Under the pieces are notes generated by a model that did no database searches, was not told the DNA's origin, and saw only the letters and a program-made list of their open reading frames with translations. From NCBI GenBank assembly GCA_964550035.1, contig CAZJVU010000003.1, positions 65,383-129,382 of the forward strand: 64,000 bases of DNA, in the 5' to 3' direction. Every line of letters starts with the position of its first letter. Position 1 is the stretch's first letter. Below are positions 1 to 8,879 of the stretch, piece by piece. This stretch comes from an uncultured Candidatus Saccharibacteria bacterium. Its GTDB lineage: Bacteria > Patescibacteriota > Saccharimonadia > Saccharimonadales > EFPC-124. A program made the translations under genes and the position numbers.

Positions 1-725
1 GCGATATCTTTGGCGCAGATAACCCAATGGGTAAAACCATCAAGCTCGAGGACGACACATATACCGTCATCGGCGTCCTGAAAAGCAAAGAAGAAAGCGG
101 CTTCAACAACGCAAACCGTCAGATCTATGTCCCGGTCAGCAGCGCCCAAGCCACCTACAGTCTCACCAACTACAGCGCCATCTACGCCAAAGCGACGAAT
201 GACAGCGCTGTCGAATCGGCCAAGAACGCCATCAACGCCAAGCTCCTCAGCAACCACAGCAAGACCGACAAAACTGCCGACTTCAGTATCAGTACGCCGC
301 AAGACCTGCTCAACACCATCAAGCAGTCGACAGGCGTCTTCACGACATTGCTCGCCGGCATTGCCAGCATCAGCCTCGTCGTGGGCGGCATCGGCATCAT
401 GAACATCATGCTTGTGGCCGTCAGTGAACGCACGCGTGAGATTGGACTCCGCAAGGCGATTGGCGCGCGTACCCGCGACATACTGCAGCAGTTCGTGTTC
501 GAATCTGTCTTGCTCTGCCTGGCGGGCGGGCTGATCGGCATCGCCATCGGGGCACTGACCGCTGCAAATCTCAGCAAGGTTCTGACCGGTATCACGCCGG
601 TGGTCAGTATGGATTCTGTCCTTCTTGCTGTGGGTGTCTCGACGCTCGTCGGGCTCGTCTTTGGCATCTACCCAGCGGCCAAAGCTGCGCGGCTGAATCC
701 GATTGATGCGCTGCGTTACGAATAA
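1..725 (+). CDS. MacB/FtsX-type ABC transporter permease, C-terminal part (5' end outside window)
   Basis: Frame open from window edge; FtsX-domain 4-TM C-terminus (GIGIMNIMLVAVSERTREIGLRKAIGA...YPAAKAARLNPIDALRYE). Confidence 0.9.
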   Translation, partial: DIFGADNPMGKTIKLEDDTYTVIGVLKSKEESGFNNANRQIYVPVSSAQATYSLTNYSAIYAKATNDSAVESAKNAINAKLLSNHSKTDKTADFSISTPQDLLNTIKQSTGVFTTLLAGIASISLVVGGIGIMNIMLVAVSERTREIGLRKAIGARTRDILQQFVFESVLLCLAGGLIGIAIGALTAANLSKVLTGITPVVSMDSVLLAVGVSTLVGLVFGIYPAAKAARLNPIDALRYE

Positions 726-731
726 CAGGGT

Positions 732-985
732 GGCTGACCGACGCCGCTCATCCCCTTCTCGCCCTCGACTGTGTCGAAGCCCGGCGACGAAGGAACGGTA
801 GTTCCTGAGACCCGAGCAGGAGAGGGTGAGAATGGGGATGAAAAGGCGTCTGAGGATTCTGCGTGGACCGGCTTTTCACCCATGTCCCCATTCCCTCCTG
901 CTTGGGTCTCAGAGCTAACGCTCTTCGCCGCCAGGCTTCGATGACAGCCCCGGAAGAGGACATGGGTGAGCGCCGGCTGGCGTAG
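732..985 (-). repeat. Palindromic (long-hairpin) repeat element, copy A
   Basis: ~254 nt imperfect palindrome. Arm pairs include ctgagacccaagcaggaggg/ccctctcctgctcgggtctcag and gaatgggga/tccccattc. A second copy lies at 56366-56575 in inverse orientation. Confidence 0.8.
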
Positions 986-1019
986 AGTCACCAACTATAT
1001 AACTAAGGAGATCATTAAA

Positions 1020-1487
1020 ATGCCAATCCATGAATACCAGAAACAGATGTACAAAAAAATCGCCATCATCGCGGCGTTGATCATACTCCCCGTCGCCGGA
1101 TTCTTTGCCGGCATGCAATACCAGAAACAAACCAACCCCGAGAGCAATCAGCGCGCCGCGCGGTTCGGCGCCAACGGTCCGCACATGATGCGTAACCGCG
1201 CGATCGGTACCGTAAAGACAATCAACGACACCGCTATCACCGTCACCAGCCGTGTCGATAACAGCGACAAAACCTACACATTATCGTCCGGCACAACATA
1301 TAAAAACGGCACAGCCGACGCAAAAGCCAGCGACATCAAAACCGGCGACACAGTTATGCTCACGCTCGATGCGTCAGATACCACTAAGGTCACGACCGTC
1401 ACGCTCAACCCAACCAACATGTTCCGCGGCACCGACGACACCGGCCCTACTACTGATACCAGTGGTGGCGATGTGATGGTACAATAG
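1020..1487 (+). CDS. Membrane-anchored hypothetical protein (N-terminal TM, Thr/Asp-rich beta-type domain)
   Basis: ATG at 1020 preceded by AAGGAG; the longer ORF from 966 overlaps the repeat and has no RBS. Confidence 0.6.
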   Translation: MPIHEYQKQMYKKIAIIAALIILPVAGFFAGMQYQKQTNPESNQRAARFGANGPHMMRNRAIGTVKTINDTAITVTSRVDNSDKTYTLSSGTTYKNGTADAKASDIKTGDTVMLTLDASDTTKVTTVTLNPTNMFRGTDDTGPTTDTSGGDVMVQ

Positions 1488-1538
1488 CCTCGCACACCTT
1501 TGATTACTGTGATTTTTCACGGATAGGTTGGAGCTGCC

Positions 1539-1823
1539 ATGGCCACCAGGACAATCGACATGAACGTTGCCATCATGAGGGACGATAGGAGGATCCACTT
1601 CCGTCTGGTCTGTGATGCTCGCGCGTCACTGGTCGGGAGCCAGACCTTCACGATCGTGTCACCCGGCTGCGAAACGGTAAGTGTGGTACCTAACGGGAAC
1701 AGGATCGACAACCGCTCCGACGGGACCACGATCTGTGTGGCAGTCGTGCTCAATCTCGACTTCAACACCACGCTGGCACGACTTCGCAAGCTGCCCAATG
1801 TCAGCAACGTCAGGGTGGAGTAG
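1539..1823 (+). CDS. Hypothetical protein (GC-rich orphan)
   Basis: 94-aa ORF, GGAG 7 nt upstream, followed by a 12-bp GC hairpin; no recognisable family. Confidence 0.5.
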   Translation: MATRTIDMNVAIMRDDRRIHFRLVCDARASLVGSQTFTIVSPGCETVSVVPNGNRIDNRSDGTTICVAVVLNLDFNTTLARLRKLPNVSNVRVE

Positions 1824-1833
1824 CCGAGCCTAC

Positions 1834-1872
1834 GTGCGCCCCGCTCGGCCCTCACCGGCCAGCGGGGCGCAC
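1834..1872 (+). terminator. GC-rich hairpin after orphan gene
   Basis: gtgcgccccgct / agcggggcgcac, 12-bp stem, no clear U-tract. Confidence 0.55.
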
Positions 1873-1889
1873 GGGTGCCTTCTTTGGAC

Positions 1890-2312
1890 TTATTTCTTCT
1901 CGAGTTGCTGCTTGCGAGCTTCGTTCGCCCAGTGGTCGGCAAGCTCGTTGCCAGGGTCGTTATTGTGACCGCGCACCCATATGAGTGTGGCTTTGGACTG
2001 GCGAAAGAGCGGGCAGACTTCCTTCACGATGTCGAGGTTTTTGATCTCGCCGCCTTTCTTTTTCCAGCCGTTCTTTTCCCATGCCAGTGACCATTTTGTG
2101 ATCACGTTGATCCAGAATTCACTGTCGGTGTGGATGAGGCATTCTTCGCCGTTGGCATCTTGTAATGCTGCGATAATTGCACGGCCTTCCATGCGGATGT
2201 TGGTGGTGTCGAAGTCACCGCCCAGTACGTGCGGTTTCATTTCTCGGATCACCGCAAACCCGCCCGTCCCGGGGTTTGGTTCGCAGCTACCATCGGTGTA
2301 GTAGGTAATCAT
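1890..2312 (-). CDS. rnhA: Ribonuclease HI
   Basis: 140 aa; YTDGSC...GGFAV...TNIRMEG...HTDSEF...W.KNGWKKKGG..KN.D...VRGH..D.GNE.AD: RNase H catalytic pattern. Confidence 0.92.
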   Translation of the reverse strand: MITYYTDGSCEPNPGTGGFAVIREMKPHVLGGDFDTTNIRMEGRAIIAALQDANGEECLIHTDSEFWINVITKWSLAWEKNGWKKKGGEIKNLDIVKEVCPLFRQSKATLIWVRGHNNDPGNELADHWANEARKQQLEKK

Positions 2313-2327
2313 CTCTACTAGTATACG

Positions 2328-2831
2328 TTATGTGAGCTGTTTCGTGTTGGTGCGGCGGCCGGCAAAATAATCGTACCACCCCTTGCACAGCACGAGGATG
2401 CTCACGCCCAGCCACGCGTACATGCTGTACGGAATAAGCACAAGGAAGAACAGCAAAAAGAGTTGATTATCGACACACGACGCTTGCGTCCCAAAGAATC
2501 CGGCGCACTGGATACCCATAGCGTCCTTCAGCACGCCGTAGCCCAGAATAAGCCCGGCGATCACCACCACCGCTAGCCAAAAGTTGCCGGCGAACCGCAA
2601 CGTCTTAGGGAGCTTCTTGCCGAGTATAAGGAGCAGAAAAGTCGGCGCCAAAAGGGCATAGAAGATGACAAGCGCCACGCCTATCAATGTATACCCGTCG
2701 TCTGCGGTTACATAGCCGTGTGCAATCCACAAAATATAGCTGATACAGACCAGCGATATCCCATAACCTATTCTCAGAAGAATGTCCCAGACCTGGCTGC
2801 GGCGGACCGTAGATTTTGTGTCAGTGCTCAT
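2328..2831 (-). CDS. Polytopic membrane protein, unknown function
   Basis: 167-aa ORF with about 5 hydrophobic spans; tightly follows rnhA. Confidence 0.6.
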   Translation of the reverse strand: MSTDTKSTVRRSQVWDILLRIGYGISLVCISYILWIAHGYVTADDGYTLIGVALVIFYALLAPTFLLLILGKKLPKTLRFAGNFWLAVVVIAGLILGYGVLKDAMGIQCAGFFGTQASCVDNQLFLLFFLVLIPYSMYAWLGVSILVLCKGWYDYFAGRRTNTKQLT

Positions 2832-2939
2832 GTGCGCAATATAGCATACCCAGCTTTACTTAGTCCCTCCTAAAACGAATAATGTCATGTGTGTTCGAGG
2901 GAGGGGCCGAGAAGATCTCGGCCCACGCCCCTCTTCGGA

Positions 2940-3311
2940 TCACCAGTCGTACTGCGTCCCCCACGTCCAGCGCACCGGCCGGTACTGCGGACCATAGACT
3001 GGATAGTTTCGGTTCAGGAAGCGCTTGATCCGCGTCCCGTCCACGCCGATGACGCCCGAGGCTTTGCGCTGGGCGGTTGGCACGAACAGACAACGCTTGC
3101 CGTCGAATCGAACCTGCATCGGCAGCTCGGCCGCCTGCACTTGCCTGCCGAGCACTTCCGACCGGAAAAACTCCTGGATCGGAACGTCGGTCCAGTGATA
3201 GCCGTCCTTGTCTCGGCCCGCGTACTGCGAGACGGACACCACCCAGACACCTTCCCTCGTGTAGATGACACTGCCGGCGTAATCACCGACCGGCGGCATT
3301 CGTAATCTCAT
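2940..3311 (-). CDS. Hypothetical protein (GC-rich orphan)
   Basis: 123 aa; SD GAGGTGAGG upstream; hairpin ggccgag/ctcggcc downstream (2900-2925). Confidence 0.55.
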   Translation of the reverse strand: MRLRMPPVGDYAGSVIYTREGVWVVSVSQYAGRDKDGYHWTDVPIQEFFRSEVLGRQVQAAELPMQVRFDGKRCLFVPTAQRKASGVIGVDGTRIKRFLNRNYPVYGPQYRPVRWTWGTQYDW

Positions 3312-3330
3312 TTATTGCCTCACCTCGATA

Positions 3331-4971
3331 GTGACGAACGAATCAACTCTTTTATACCATGATATGACCAATCTGACAATGCTCGATTGGCTCAGGTTCT
3401 CTGCTATAATGAAACGCATGCAACCTCAGCTAACTCCTGAAGGCGAACGATTAGTTCGTGATCTTGACACTGCCGAAGCTCATATCCCGCATACGGAGGG
3501 CGACAAAATCCACGTCAGCGGCGTGGCAGGTACCATTTATTTTGCGTACGAACAGCTGCGCAATATTGCAGAGTACACCGAGCAGCACCTGATCTTGCGC
3601 GCGACGATCGAGCGCTTCCTCAAGCGGCACATGCAGTTCACCGAGCAGCCAAAGAAACTCGGGTTCGAGCTAGTCGAAGAGCTGACACAAGAGCGTTACA
3701 TCAGTAACGACAGCGTCACGCAATACACCATCGACCGTATCGACGCATACACCGACTACTACATCAAGCTACACCTGACGCTGCACAACGGCATCCACAA
3801 AGTCTCAAAAGAAGAAACCACCCGCTGGACCATTCAGGCTGCATCTGTCGCAGTTGAGCAACAGCTTGCGCCGGCGCACAAGACCGAGGCATTTATCAAC
3901 TTTGCCTACGCGCACTGCCTGAAAGCTATCGATCGCGAAGACTTTGGGGGGCTTGGTGAAGAAGAGTTCACCGTCGCCGTCTACTGCGCCACACACCGTG
4001 CACTTATCAAGTCCGACATCGCGACAACCCGAGCCTACTACATCACCGCCAACCCCGAGAGTGCTCGCACCGTTGATGAGTTCATTCGCGTCAATCGTCT
4101 CATCGACAAGCTGTTCGACGCACCGCTTACCATTCGCCTCAGCCGGCTCATTAGCCGCAACGGCGCACCGCTACGCATTATCCACGAAGTTGGCCAGGCG
4201 CAGGACAGCTCGCTTATCATCCAGCAGTCTGCCAAGCTTGCCAGCTACGTCGGTGCGGTTGCCGACGAGCAATACCAGAAGACGCACAGTCGCCTAGTCA
4301 AAAGCATTATCCGCACGCTGATCTTCGTGTTCATCACTAAAGCTGCGATCGGCCTGCTCATCGAAATTCCGTACGACATCTGGAAACACGGTACGGTGCT
4401 CATGACGCCGCTGCTCGTCAACATGCTCTTCCCGCCGCTCTATATGGCAACAGCAATCTGGGCCGTCAAGCAACCCGATCAGGTCAATACCGACGCCATC
4501 CGTAAACAGATCGAACGCATTTTGTACAGCGGCGAAAACGAAGTGCATTACCGCATCCCAAAGCGCGATATCAGCTCAGCGCTACGCATCGCTTTCAGGC
4601 TTATCTATACGCTCGCGTACGCCGCGTCGTTTAGCTTGGCGGTGTGGCTCCTGCTAAAGCTCGACTTTTCGTTCGTACATATTGGTGTGTTCTTCTTGTT
4701 CTTTAGCGCGGTGAGCTTCTTCCGCTTCCGGCTCATCCAGCAGTCACGCGAGCTCGACATCAACGACCGCCGCGAGAGCATCTTCGACATCATCGGCGAC
4801 TTCTTTTACACACCATTCATCAAGCTTGGCGAATGGCTCAGCGCGCGCTACAAGCGCATCAATGTCATCACCGTCATCCTTGACCTCATGATCGAGATGC
4901 CGCTGAAGACAACACTCCGTATCCTGCAGGAATGGGTACGATTTATGCGGGACAAGCGCGAAGGGTTTTAG
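3331..4971 (+). CDS. Large membrane protein, unknown function (soluble N-terminal ~330 aa plus C-terminal TM bundle)
   Basis: 546-aa ORF; start uncertain (GTG 3331 or a downstream ATG); several C-terminal hydrophobic helices. Confidence 0.65.
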   Translation: MTNESTLLYHDMTNLTMLDWLRFSAIMKRMQPQLTPEGERLVRDLDTAEAHIPHTEGDKIHVSGVAGTIYFAYEQLRNIAEYTEQHLILRATIERFLKRHMQFTEQPKKLGFELVEELTQERYISNDSVTQYTIDRIDAYTDYYIKLHLTLHNGIHKVSKEETTRWTIQAASVAVEQQLAPAHKTEAFINFAYAHCLKAIDREDFGGLGEEEFTVAVYCATHRALIKSDIATTRAYYITANPESARTVDEFIRVNRLIDKLFDAPLTIRLSRLISRNGAPLRIIHEVGQAQDSSLIIQQSAKLASYVGAVADEQYQKTHSRLVKSIIRTLIFVFITKAAIGLLIEIPYDIWKHGTVLMTPLLVNMLFPPLYMATAIWAVKQPDQVNTDAIRKQIERILYSGENEVHYRIPKRDISSALRIAFRLIYTLAYAASFSLAVWLLLKLDFSFVHIGVFFLFFSAVSFFRFRLIQQSRELDINDRRESIFDIIGDFFYTPFIKLGEWLSARYKRINVITVILDLMIEMPLKTTLRILQEWVRFMRDKREGF

Positions 4972-6017
4972 AGCTCTTCTTTCTCCTCCTCTGGCTTCGA
5001 AGCCAGAGGAACGCGAACCGTGAAGGTCGAACCTTTGTCGACTTTACTTGTCACTTCGATGGCGCCTTTGTGGAGGTCAACGATCTTCTTGGCGATGGAC
5101 AGGCCGAGACCGTAGCCATGAACTTTTGTACCTTTGGTGCGGGAGCTGTCCGCGCGGTAGAGACGGTCGAAGATGTGTGGCAAATCGTCTGGCTTGATAC
5201 CGCAGCCTTGGTCGGCCACGGCGATGTAGGCGTTGCCACCTTTGACGCTGGAACTCAGGGTGATCTGCGACTTTTCGGGACTATACTTGATGGCGTTATC
5301 GAGCAGAATCGCAAAGAGTTGGACAAGCCCGTCTTTACTGCCTAGCACAGCCAGTCCTTCAGTCTGGTCGTCGATGGCGATCTTGTGCTGTTTGGCAACT
5401 TTGTCGGTACGCTCTATGGCGCCCTTCAAAACTTGCTTTGTTTCTACGCGATGCGGCTCAAAGGTGTCTTTGTCTTGATTGGCGAGCATGAGGAGGCCAT
5501 TGCTGAGCTCCTGGAGTTTGTTGACCTCCTCGAGGTTGCTTTCCAGGAGTTCACGCGCCTCAGCAATTGATAAGTTCTTATCACGCAGTGAGACTTCGAT
5601 CTCGGTTTGCATTGCCGTCAGCGGCGTCCGGAGCTCGTGCGAGGCATCACCCGTGAACCGCGCTTGCGCCTCCATGGCTTGTTCCAGCGGGCGCAGTGTG
5701 CGGCGCGCCATATAGAAACTCGCCAGGCCGCCCACTACCAATACACCGACATTCGCAAGCGTCAGGTTCGCGATCAGCCGCTGCTGACCCGAGCTAATCT
5801 CGCGGTCACGCAACCGGTCGAGGTCCAGTGGCGAAGGCGTAAAGCCAAACGAATTATAGTATTGCTGGCGAATCGCTGAGCGCTGGTGGTCATAGGCTGC
5901 GTCCAGTGTCTCAGCCGATGAATTGTACAGCACAAAGCTAAACGCCAAGCTCAGCCCCATCACCAGCGCCAAGTACCACGCCGTCAATTTAATTGTTGCA
6001 GACTGAAACATTCTCAC
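4968..6017 (-). CDS. Sensor histidine kinase
   Basis: H-box SHELRTPLTAM; N/G boxes DQGCGI...GYGLGLSIAKKIV; two N-terminal TM segments; 4-nt overlap with the response regulator. Confidence 0.92.
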   Translation of the reverse strand: MRMFQSATIKLTAWYLALVMGLSLAFSFVLYNSSAETLDAAYDHQRSAIRQQYYNSFGFTPSPLDLDRLRDREISSGQQRLIANLTLANVGVLVVGGLASFYMARRTLRPLEQAMEAQARFTGDASHELRTPLTAMQTEIEVSLRDKNLSIAEARELLESNLEEVNKLQELSNGLLMLANQDKDTFEPHRVETKQVLKGAIERTDKVAKQHKIAIDDQTEGLAVLGSKDGLVQLFAILLDNAIKYSPEKSQITLSSSVKGGNAYIAVADQGCGIKPDDLPHIFDRLYRADSSRTKGTKVHGYGLGLSIAKKIVDLHKGAIEVTSKVDKGSTFTVRVPLASKPEEEKEEL

Positions 6018-6691
6018 CCATCTAGTTTATAACCAAATCCTCGCACTGTCTTGAGCAGTTGCGGCTCGCCGCGGAACGGGCGATCGATCTTGTTGCGAAG
6101 ATACCCGATGTACACCTCGACTGTGTTAAATAAAACGTCGGCGTCGTAGCTCCAGACATGCTGGATGATCATCTCTTTGCTGAGGGTGCGGCCTTTGTTG
6201 CGCATGAGGTATTCCAGCAGCGCGAATTCACGCTGTGACAAGTCGATTGTTTTATCTGCGCGACGGACTTCATAGCTTGTGGTGTCGAGCGTTAGGTCAC
6301 CTACCTCAAGCTTCATGCCGAGTGAGTCTTGCGGTCGGCGAAGAAGCGCACGGACGCGGGCCAAGAGCTCTTCGAATGCGAATGGCTTGACTAGGTAGTC
6401 GTCGGCGCCAGCGTCCAACCCAGCGACTCGATCGCGGACAGCGCCTTTGGCGGTTAGCATAAGTATCGGTGTGTGGTTGCCTTCTCCCCTGAGTTCTTTG
6501 CAGACACCGACGCCGTCCATCTCGCCCGGGAGCATGCGGTCGAGGATTATCATGTCATAGTCGTCGGCGCGGGCGCTGGCCAATCCGTCATCGGCATCAT
6601 ACACGACATCGACAGCAAAGGATTCTTGCTGGAGGCCTTTCTTGATTGCGTTCGCGATTTTGTGCTCGTCTTCTACTACTAGGATCTTCAT
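6014..6691 (-). CDS. OmpR-family response regulator
   Basis: Receiver domain (MKILVVEDE...DMIILD...LTAK) plus winged-helix C-terminus (LSQREFALLEYL...TVRGFGYKL). Confidence 0.93.
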   Translation of the reverse strand: MKILVVEDEHKIANAIKKGLQQESFAVDVVYDADDGLASARADDYDMIILDRMLPGEMDGVGVCKELRGEGNHTPILMLTAKGAVRDRVAGLDAGADDYLVKPFAFEELLARVRALLRRPQDSLGMKLEVGDLTLDTTSYEVRRADKTIDLSQREFALLEYLMRNKGRTLSKEMIIQHVWSYDADVLFNTVEVYIGYLRNKIDRPFRGEPQLLKTVRGFGYKLDG

Positions 6692-6804
6692 ATCTTGACC
6701 TATAGTATACCGGCTAACTGAGCTGTGTCTGAGAAATAGTGAAGTTGTTTTTATGTAGTATTATGGTATATTATTGTTGACTCTACGAGAAATGAGGCAC
6801 GATC

Positions 6805-7203
6805 ATGCAGCATGAAGGTGTCAAGGCAGTACATGGTGGCCTGCAGTACGTCATCAAGCCGTCATCCCACGTCAAAGTGAGCACAATCCGAGAGCGCGCA
6901 CAAAGGCGTCATCCTCGGTGCGTTACGGTCGAGATCACGATCGCAAGGCCCGTCAACGGTTCCCCCACGGTGTTGGTGACGTTCAAAAACGACACACTGA
7001 CACAACTGAGCGGAAAGTTGCGGGTAGCCGATCGGCCGGCCGCAGCCTGCAACGACAACGTGCTGGAAGGCATCGTCGGCACCACCATGACAACCAGGAG
7101 AACCCGGGAGAAAACCATGCAGCACGTGGCCGGATGCAAAACCTACGCCGAGTGGATCTGCGGCATGCGCGGCGCCAAACCACCGCGCATCCCACGGCCG
7201 TGA
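6805..7203 (+). CDS. Hypothetical protein (GC-rich orphan)
   Basis: 132-aa ORF after an AT-rich promoter region; followed by hairpin 7214-7243. Confidence 0.5.
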   Translation: MQHEGVKAVHGGLQYVIKPSSHVKVSTIRERAQRRHPRCVTVEITIARPVNGSPTVLVTFKNDTLTQLSGKLRVADRPAAACNDNVLEGIVGTTMTTRRTREKTMQHVAGCKTYAEWICGMRGAKPPRIPRP

Positions 7204-7213
7204 GTCGCGTCAA

Positions 7214-7243
7214 AGGGCGGGGCGCACCACTGTGCCCCGCCCT
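7214..7243 (+). terminator. GC-rich hairpin
   Basis: agggcggggc / gccccgccct, 10-bp stem; sequence-related to hairpin 7701-7733. Confidence 0.6.
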
Positions 7244-7335
7244 GCTTCATTTCTGAGAATGCCTGTCGGGCTTGACTACTCGCCTTGTTCATACAATACT
7301 AGCAGCTGACGAACTTCCCGGGAGAGGTGAGAATC

Positions 7336-7686
7336 ATGGCGCTACCGGTACCAACGCGCGTGAGAGCGACCGAGGATGGCCTCGTGTACCTCATGCAACG
7401 AGCGCGCGGCTTCAGCTGGGCAATGGTGGAGCGCCGCGCCGACCAAGACAACAACGGCTACTGGATCACCGTCGCCCAGCCACGCAACCGCAAGCTGAGA
7501 CGTAAGGGGTTCGTGGTAGTGACAATCACAGGTAACCAGGTGTCGAGTATGAGGGTGGAACTCATGACACCGCCATACAGTTCCTTGCCCATCGACCCAT
7601 ATGGTCCACGTCTGCTGCACGTCACGAAGCGTATCCAGTACATCTGTGGCTACTGGGACTACCCACCAGACCTCTTGGTGGTTTAG
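7336..7686 (+). CDS. Hypothetical protein (GC-rich orphan)
   Basis: ATG 7336 preceded by GGAGAGGTGA; TTGACT...TACAAT promoter at ~7271-7300; hairpin follows. Confidence 0.5.
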   Translation: MALPVPTRVRATEDGLVYLMQRARGFSWAMVERRADQDNNGYWITVAQPRNRKLRRKGFVVVTITGNQVSSMRVELMTPPYSSLPIDPYGPRLLHVTKRIQYICGYWDYPPDLLVV

Positions 7687-7700
7687 TCGTCACCCCGCAA

Positions 7701-7733
7701 AGGGCAGGGCGCACTCTCCGCGCGCCCTGCCCT
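7701..7733 (+). terminator. GC-rich hairpin
   Basis: agggcagggcgc / gcgccctgccct, 12-bp stem. Confidence 0.6.
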
Positions 7734-7756
7734 GCTTTACTTTTATGGCACCAATG

Positions 7757-7796
7757 CAAAAGCAGGCCCTAAGGGGAAGGCCTGCTTTTGGGTTTT
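7757..7796. terminator. Bidirectional rho-independent terminator
   Basis: caaaagcaggcc / ggcctgcttttg with T-run on plus and A-run on the other side. Confidence 0.7.
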
Positions 7797-7974
7797 AAAG
7801 TAAGTGTCTTTTACTTCTGGTTCCAATATATAGTAGTTTCAAGGATTATTCAGGCTGTTTCTTATAGGCTCCCTCCTTTGGTTGGTTTGTTTGTAAGTAA
7901 TACTGTAGGCTTTGTAGCTGAGCGATGGCTGAGCAATAGCATCAAATGTTAATTTCGCAACAATTGCAGCTGCC

Positions 7975-8877
7975 TCAGATCTCGAGGAGCTGCTGGAACT
8001 CATGCGGGTCTCCATAGTGATAGATGAGCTTATCGAGCAAATGCGCAATCGGGTATTCTTCGAGCCGCACCACATGAGGCAGCTCCTGCAAGGTAAAAAG
8101 TCCTTCACTCTGGACGTTTGTATCTGCGATTCGCTCCACGATGCTTCGACCCACGCGGTAGTTAAACGAGTTATCGCCAGTCCCAGCCGCCACAAGGTCG
8201 CCCAAACCGGCGAGGCTCTCAGCAGTTTCCGGCGTAACATTCAGATCGTGCAGAATGCGCTTCATCTCACGCAGAATCATAACGACCAAGCGTCCGCGCG
8301 CGTTGGCGCCGAGCTTGAGTCCATCGCACATGCCAAACGCAATGGCGTAGACATTCTTCAACACGCCACTCACGGCAGTGGCATGCATGTCACTGGAGAT
8401 TTCTAAGAAGACGCGCGCCTTGGCAAAGATGTCGCGAACCGTATTGTCGTAGTCTACTTCCGACAGAGCCAAAATCCCCGAACCCATCTGATGCGCAATG
8501 AGCTCACTTGCGGTCATAGGACCATAGATAAGCCCGTACGGCACACCATGTGGGAGCGTCTCGGCCAGGACGTGGTCGATAGTGACGAAACCTTTCTCAA
8601 CACCCTTGCTGAATGAGATCACCAGCGGTGGGTTCTGCGGGTCGAGGTGTTTCGCTATCTCTTTGGCAACCTCGCGATTGGCCCAGGATGGCACGCAGAT
8701 GAGAAGCACACTGCATGCGACGACAACGTCACGAATGCTCGCGGTCGTCGTGCGGCTGTCCTCGCGGTCGTAATACAGCACCTGCGAGCCAGCCTTCTCG
8801 AGCACGTGGCCAAGCGCCTGACCAAGCTCACCCGCACCAATAATGCCGATCTGGTCTGTTTTGGCTGCGTTCTCCAT
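7975..8877 (-). CDS. gpsA: NAD(P)H-dependent glycerol-3-phosphate dehydrogenase-like
   Basis: IGIIGAGELG Rossmann start, AGLGDLV...G.NSFNYRVG motif; ATG 8877 lies 2 nt after the ndh stop; the longer ORF to 8985 overlaps ndh. Confidence 0.75.
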   Translation of the reverse strand: MENAAKTDQIGIIGAGELGQALGHVLEKAGSQVLYYDREDSRTTTASIRDVVVACSVLLICVPSWANREVAKEIAKHLDPQNPPLVISFSKGVEKGFVTIDHVLAETLPHGVPYGLIYGPMTASELIAHQMGSGILALSEVDYDNTVRDIFAKARVFLEISSDMHATAVSGVLKNVYAIAFGMCDGLKLGANARGRLVVMILREMKRILHDLNVTPETAESLAGLGDLVAAGTGDNSFNYRVGRSIVERIADTNVQSEGLFTLQELPHVVRLEEYPIAHLLDKLIYHYGDPHEFQQLLEI

Positions 8878-8879
8878 GG

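Noticed and set aside
850-900. Apical region of the repeat (ggugaaaagccgguccacgcagaa) vaguely resembles the RNase P RNA P4 region (GAGGAAAGUCCGGGCUCCA)
   Set aside because: The similarity is short and inexact. The element is far too small, is present twice, and one copy lies inside a gene. It is not an RNase P RNA.
716-994. 92-aa minus-strand ORF covering repeat copy A
   Set aside because: It overlaps the permease stop, has no RBS, and its extent matches the palindromic repeat. Its openness is better explained by the properties of the repeat than by a gene.
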